Source: an uncultured Gemmatimonadaceae bacterium (lineage in GTDB: Bacteria > Gemmatimonadota > Gemmatimonadetes > Gemmatimonadales > Gemmatimonadaceae). From it: 64,000 nt of DNA. The notes under the pieces are model-generated. The model did no database searches. It had not been told where the DNA came from and saw only the letters and a list, made by a program, of their open reading frames with translations. Positions 60,086 through 64,000 of this stretch are shown here, piece after piece. Where the stretch lies: the NCBI GenBank assembly GCA_963751275.1, contig CAVVTZ010000011.1, forward strand, positions 374,925 through 438,924, in the 5' to 3' direction. How positions within the stretch are numbered: the first letter of the stretch is position 1; each line of letters opens with the position of its first letter. The translations under genes were made by a program, and so were the position numbers.

Positions 60086-61317
60086 AGACCGCCGCGTGCC
60101 TGCTGCTCGCGGCCGCCGCGGCCACATTGGATCCCCAGCCCGGGATCGCGTACTTCGCGCGCGTCCGCAATGTGACCACCGCCGACCCGTCCCAGCAGAA
60201 CTATCTCATCGTGGACGCCAATGTCTGGGCGAACGCGCGGCCGGACCTGGCCGACCTCCGCCTGTACAGCGGCGAGACCCAGGTCCCGTACGCGCTGGTC
60301 GAGGCGCGCGGCGGCGCCTCGCGCGTGGAGTCGAACGTGAACGTGCTCAACGCCGCGCGCCATGGCGACCATACCGAGTTCGATCTCGATATGGCCGGCG
60401 TGGCGGAATACAACCGCATCGCCCTCGCGCTGTCGGCCAAAGACTTCGTCGCGTCCGCGTACGCGACCGCCGGCGATGCGCCGGGCGCGAAGGCCGCCGG
60501 CGCGGCCTGGCCCGCTCCCTCCACGCTCTTCGACCTCTCGCGCGAGCACCTCGGCGACAACCTCACGATCGCCGTCCCCGCGTGGACGTTCCGCTACGTG
60601 CACGTGCGTCTCACGCCGGGGATCACGCCCGAGCAAGTGCGCGGCGCCACGGTATCGCTCCTGCAGGAGCGTGACGCGCAGTGGACCGACGCCGGCCGCT
60701 GCGGCGTGCCCGAACGGCGCGGGCGCACGAGCATCATCGTCTGCACCGTGCCGCTCCGCACCCCGATCGACCGCGTGCTCTTCACCGTGCCGCTCCCGCA
60801 GGCGAACTTCCGCCGCGCGGTGACCGTGGGCATCGACAGTGGCGCGCGCCTCGGCGGCGGGAGCATCACCCGCGTGCGCATCACGCGCGTCGGACAGACC
60901 GCGATCTCGGAGCAATTGGCCGTGAGCGCCGCGAACGATTCGCTCGGGCGGCTCACGCTCACGATCGACAACGGCGACGACCCGCCGCTCGTGATCATCC
61001 AGGCGCAGCCACAGGTCCTGCAGCGCCGGCTCTATTTCGAACCGCCCGCGCGCGCCGGCGTGAAGCTCTACTATGGAGACGCGCGGCTCATGGCGCCGCG
61101 CTACGACTACGCCAACTTCTTCCACGAGGACCCCAACGCCGCGCTCGCGGCGCTCGGGCCGCCGACGGCGAACGCCGCGTACACCGGCCGCGGCGACGAC
61201 CGCCCCTGGTCCGAGCGGCATCCCGCGGTGCTCTGGATCGCAATGTTCCTGGCGGTCGTGGGGATCGGTGCGATGGCGCTGAGCGGACTCCGCCGCGCGG
61301 AGCAGCCGCGGCGCTAG
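60082..61317 (+). CDS. DUF3999-like exported protein with C-terminal TM
   Basis: DLADLRLY..VPY, IDNGDDPPL, LYYG..APRYD; coupled to DUF2339. Confidence 0.75.
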   Translation: MKTAACLLLAAAAATLDPQPGIAYFARVRNVTTADPSQQNYLIVDANVWANARPDLADLRLYSGETQVPYALVEARGGASRVESNVNVLNAARHGDHTEFDLDMAGVAEYNRIALALSAKDFVASAYATAGDAPGAKAAGAAWPAPSTLFDLSREHLGDNLTIAVPAWTFRYVHVRLTPGITPEQVRGATVSLLQERDAQWTDAGRCGVPERRGRTSIIVCTVPLRTPIDRVLFTVPLPQANFRRAVTVGIDSGARLGGGSITRVRITRVGQTAISEQLAVSAANDSLGRLTLTIDNGDDPPLVIIQAQPQVLQRRLYFEPPARAGVKLYYGDARLMAPRYDYANFFHEDPNAALAALGPPTANAAYTGRGDDRPWSERHPAVLWIAMFLAVVGIGAMALSGLRRAEQPRR

Positions 61318-61811
61318 CCGTCGAGTCCGTCGTCCTCGCGCTGCCGTGCGCGCTTGCGCAGGCGTCGCCGCTCCCGCCAATCGGGCGCGAGCGGGTCCAC
61401 GACCTTGATCGTCACGCCGGCCATGAACGCGGTGCCGCGCACGCGCACCAGCGGCGCGTCCGCGAGCGCGGCGGACGGCACCTTGGACTTGAGCTTGAAC
61501 TCGCCCATGACCGGGTGCCCTTCGCATTGAATGCGCAGGTTGTGCGGCACGATGATCGTGACATTCGCCATCACCGCCACGACGTCGATCTCGGACAGGC
61601 CGGCGCCCAGCTGCACGTGCGACAGGTCCAGCTCCACCTCGCCCATCACCGAGACCACGCGGAAGAGCCGCGGCAGCATCCACTCGCCATTGCGGCTCAC
61701 CGTGGACATGACCGACGTCACGCCGCCGCGCTCGGAGACGTAGGCGTCGGGGATCATCACCGGCCCGGCGAGGGCGAGCGCCACGGGGAGGTCCGATCTC
61801 GGGTTCGTCAC
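61314..61811 (-). CDS. LiaF/DUF2154-like beta-repeat protein (start uncertain)
   Basis: VMGEVELDL, VMANVTIIVP, PLVRVRGTAFMAGV. Confidence 0.65.
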   Translation of the reverse strand: MTNPRSDLPVALALAGPVMIPDAYVSERGGVTSVMSTVSRNGEWMLPRLFRVVSVMGEVELDLSHVQLGAGLSEIDVVAVMANVTIIVPHNLRIQCEGHPVMGEFKLKSKVPSAALADAPLVRVRGTAFMAGVTIKVVDPLAPDWRERRRLRKRARQREDDGLDG

Positions 61812-61936
61812 AGTAGGGAACACGATAACGCGCACCACGGGATTTCGGAACGGTTGCAGCGTCAGACAATGGTGAGACGGCGCCGCGCGTGGTATGATTG
61901 GCCGGTCGCGCGTCTCCCCCTCCACCCAGAACGATC

Positions 61937-62686
61937 ATGACCGCCGTCGAATTCAGCACGATCATGTTCGCCTGCGTATTCGGCGGCGCCCTCGCCGGCA
62001 TGTCCGTTCGCGCGATGCTGCCGGGCGAGCACTTGCAGAGCGAGTCCCGGGATTCGATCAAAGTCGGGATGGGATTCGTTGGGACGATGGTCGCGCTGGT
62101 GCTCGGATTGCTCGTCGCGTCGGCCAAGAGTTCGTATGACACGCAGAGCACCGAGGTGACACAGATCTCGGCGAACATCGTCCTGCTCGATCGCGTGCTC
62201 GCCCACTACGGCCCGGAGACGGCCGCGGTGCGCGCGACGCTCAGGGAGACCGCGACCAGCTTCACCGAGCGAATGTGGGCGCCCGACACAGGGCGTGCGG
62301 CGTCCAGTCCTTCGGCGAAGGGCGACATGCTGTTCGACGAGGTCGAGTCGCTGGCGCCGAAGGATGACGTCCAGCGAGGACTGAAGGAGCAGGCGGTGAG
62401 CATGATGGTGGATCTCGCGCGCACGCGCTGGCTCATGTACGAACAGCGCACCACGGGCGTCTCGATGCCGCTCCTGATCATGCTCATCTCGTGGCTGACG
62501 CTGATCTTCATTAGCTTCGGGCTCTTCGCGCCAAGGAACTTCACCGTCGTCGGGAGCTTCTTCGTGTCGGCGCTGAGCGTGTCCGGCGCGGTGCTGCTGA
62601 TCGTGGAGATGTACTCCCCCTTCTCGGGGCTGATCCGGATCTCGCAGGCGCCGATGCAGGCGGCGATCGCCGTGCTCGGCAGGTAG
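61937..62686 (+). CDS. DUF4239/bestrophin-like membrane protein
   Basis: ALVLGLLVASAKSSYD, LDRVLAHYGPE, PFSGLIRIS; extended -10 TGnTATGAT at ~61890. Confidence 0.75.
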   Translation: MTAVEFSTIMFACVFGGALAGMSVRAMLPGEHLQSESRDSIKVGMGFVGTMVALVLGLLVASAKSSYDTQSTEVTQISANIVLLDRVLAHYGPETAAVRATLRETATSFTERMWAPDTGRAASSPSAKGDMLFDEVESLAPKDDVQRGLKEQAVSMMVDLARTRWLMYEQRTTGVSMPLLIMLISWLTLIFISFGLFAPRNFTVVGSFFVSALSVSGAVLLIVEMYSPFSGLIRISQAPMQAAIAVLGR

Positions 62687-62903
62687 CGCCGGCTGACCGC
62701 TCTGTATCATCGCCTTGGCGGCGCGGCGGTGTGCGCGAAGCCGCAATGAGCACAAACTATCACGCGCCGGGCACTGATGGCCATCCCGGAAATCCGCGTC
62801 CTGCCCGATTCACCGCACGATGCGGTGTCTCACCGCAAGGAATACTTGAAGCGTGCTGAGCGAACTCGCTGCGGCCAAGCAACTTGGGGAATTCCAATGT
62901 TCG

Positions 62904-62919
62904 TGGACCTCTTCGTGCC
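62904..62919 (+). promoter_or_regulatory. Candidate sigma54 promoter of pilin 1
   Basis: TGG-acctcttcgt-GC (GG-N10-GC), same position as the motif before pilin 2. Confidence 0.55.
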
Positions 62920-62994
62920 TTACAGAGGGGTGCGAAGTCACTGCAGGTTCCCAGCGCCGCACGCTTTGTCGCGGTTCGCTCATTCTGGAGAAAC

Positions 62995-63375
62995 ATGATG
63001 CGCTCCACCGCCAAGAAGGGCTTCACCCTGATCGAGCTTCTGATCGTCGTGGTCATCATCGGCATTCTGGCCGCGATCGCGATCCCGAAGTTCGCCAACA
63101 CGAAGGAGAAGGCCTACGTCGCGTCCATGAAGTCGGACCTCCGCAACATGGCGACCGCGGAGGAGAGCTACTTCGCGGACAACCAGACCTACACCACGTC
63201 GCTCGTGAACATGAACTTCACGGCGTCGCAGGCGGTGGTCGCGACCGTGACGGATGCGAAGGGCACGGGCTGGGCCGCGAACACGACGCACCCGGCGACC
63301 GCAATGACGTGTGAAGTCGGTTTCGGCGCGGACTCGATCTCCGGCGTCGGCGATGGCGTGATCAAGTGCCAGTAG
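62995..63375 (+). CDS. Type IV pilin
   Basis: KKG|FTLIELLIVVVIIGILAAIAIP prepilin cleavage site; C-terminal Cys pair; GGAGA RBS. Confidence 0.95.
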   Translation: MMRSTAKKGFTLIELLIVVVIIGILAAIAIPKFANTKEKAYVASMKSDLRNMATAEESYFADNQTYTTSLVNMNFTASQAVVATVTDAKGTGWAANTTHPATAMTCEVGFGADSISGVGDGVIKCQ

Positions 63376-63397
63376 TTCCAACGCTCCTGTAGGAACG

Positions 63398-63429
63398 AAC
63401 GGGCCCGGCAGCGATGCCGGGCCCGTTTT
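63398..63429 (+). terminator. Rho-independent terminator after pilin 1
   Basis: AACGGGCCCGGCA-GCGA-TGCCGGGCCCGTT followed by T run. Confidence 0.85.
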
Positions 63430-63727
63430 GCGTTCCTCTACTCCGGACTGCGACGGGAGACCTAGACGGTGGAGGGCGTGCGTGGTGTATTCTCTCGTCT
63501 CGGTCTAGCGTGTTGGTCTGTCGTGAGCCTATCACGGGCAAGCGGAGTAGGCCTGTTCTGGGACACGCGAGCGACCGGAACTATCACGCCCAGGCCGTTA
63601 TTTGCGATTCTGCCTACCCGCATTTTGCCACACGAATTGCGGCATGCGGTATGCCGTCGGCGGGCGCCAGACATGGCGGCGCACCGAAGTCCTATTGGAA
63701 CAATCACTTAGCACGCAACCTCGTTTG

Positions 63728-63743
63728 TGGCCCCCATCCTGCC
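63728..63743 (+). promoter_or_regulatory. Candidate sigma54 promoter of pilin 2
   Basis: TGG-cccccatcct-GC (GG-N10-GC), ~80 nt before ATG. Confidence 0.55.
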
Positions 63744-63822
63744 TTATGTGAGGCCGACGCAGTCCGTTGGTAAACCTGCCGCGCGTTCGCGTCGCGGTCC
63801 ACTATCTCAGGAGAAAGACACC

Positions 63823-64000
63823 ATGCGCTCCACCGCCAAGAAGGGCTTCACCCTGATCGAGCTTCTGATCGTCGTCGTGATCATCGGCATTCTGGCCGCG
63901 ATCGCGATCCCGAAGTTCGCCAACACGAAGGAGAAGGCCTACGTCGCGTCCATGAAGTCGGACCTCCGCAACATGGCGACCGCGGAGGAGAGCTACTTCG
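63823..64000 (+). CDS. Second type IV pilin (5' part; runs off window; absent from ORF track)
   Basis: ATG at 63823 after AGGAG; 176/178 nt identical to pilin 1 from 62998. Confidence 0.93.
   Translation, partial: MRSTAKKGFTLIELLIVVVIIGILAAIAIPKFANTKEKAYVASMKSDLRNMATAEESYF

Noticed and set aside
62690..62900. Possible riboswitch or tRNA upstream of pilin 1
   Set aside because: Only a short hairpin (caccgca/tgcggtg); no recognisable c-di-GMP aptamer or cloverleaf
63640..63655. Alternative sigma54-like CGGCATGCGGTATGC before pilin 2
   Set aside because: Fits GG-N10-GC but has no counterpart at the same position before pilin 1; the 63728 motif is preferred, though this one is not excluded

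Overview
A GC-rich bacterial chromosomal window, most consistent with Gemmatimonadota (inferred from pilin type and gene content, not from a search). It is mostly housekeeping genes, largely on the minus strand. In order: pcrA/uvrD (partial), a sensor kinase and serS; a roadblock-receiver-ManC-GlmU-like operon; a complete heme operon (hemA-C-D-B-L-[kinase-regulator]-E-N-Y, plus hemH); groES/groEL with a CIRCE; mutL-miaA-bshA-UbiA(DGGGP-synthase-like)-uppP-birA-coaX-UbiA; a MoxR/DUF58/Bat operon; S2P-scpA-scpB-rluB; rpsT; a cbb3 oxidase cluster (ccoNO-Q-P-G-H-DsbD2-I-S); pyrR-pyrB-pyrC; several membrane or secreted proteins; and two tandem type IV pilins. Many essential genes carry frameshifts, most likely sequencing or assembly indels. 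No rRNA, tRNA, CRISPR array or transposase was seen. Best leads: (1) an OmpR-type two-component pair embedded in the heme operon, with a 22-bp tandem box shared (19/22) upstream of hemA and hemH; (2) three intergenic ~90-115 bp palindromic elements built from 9-bp repeats; (3) an archaeal-type DGGGP-synthase-like prenyltransferase; (4) near-identical tandem pilins with conserved sigma54-like promoters.
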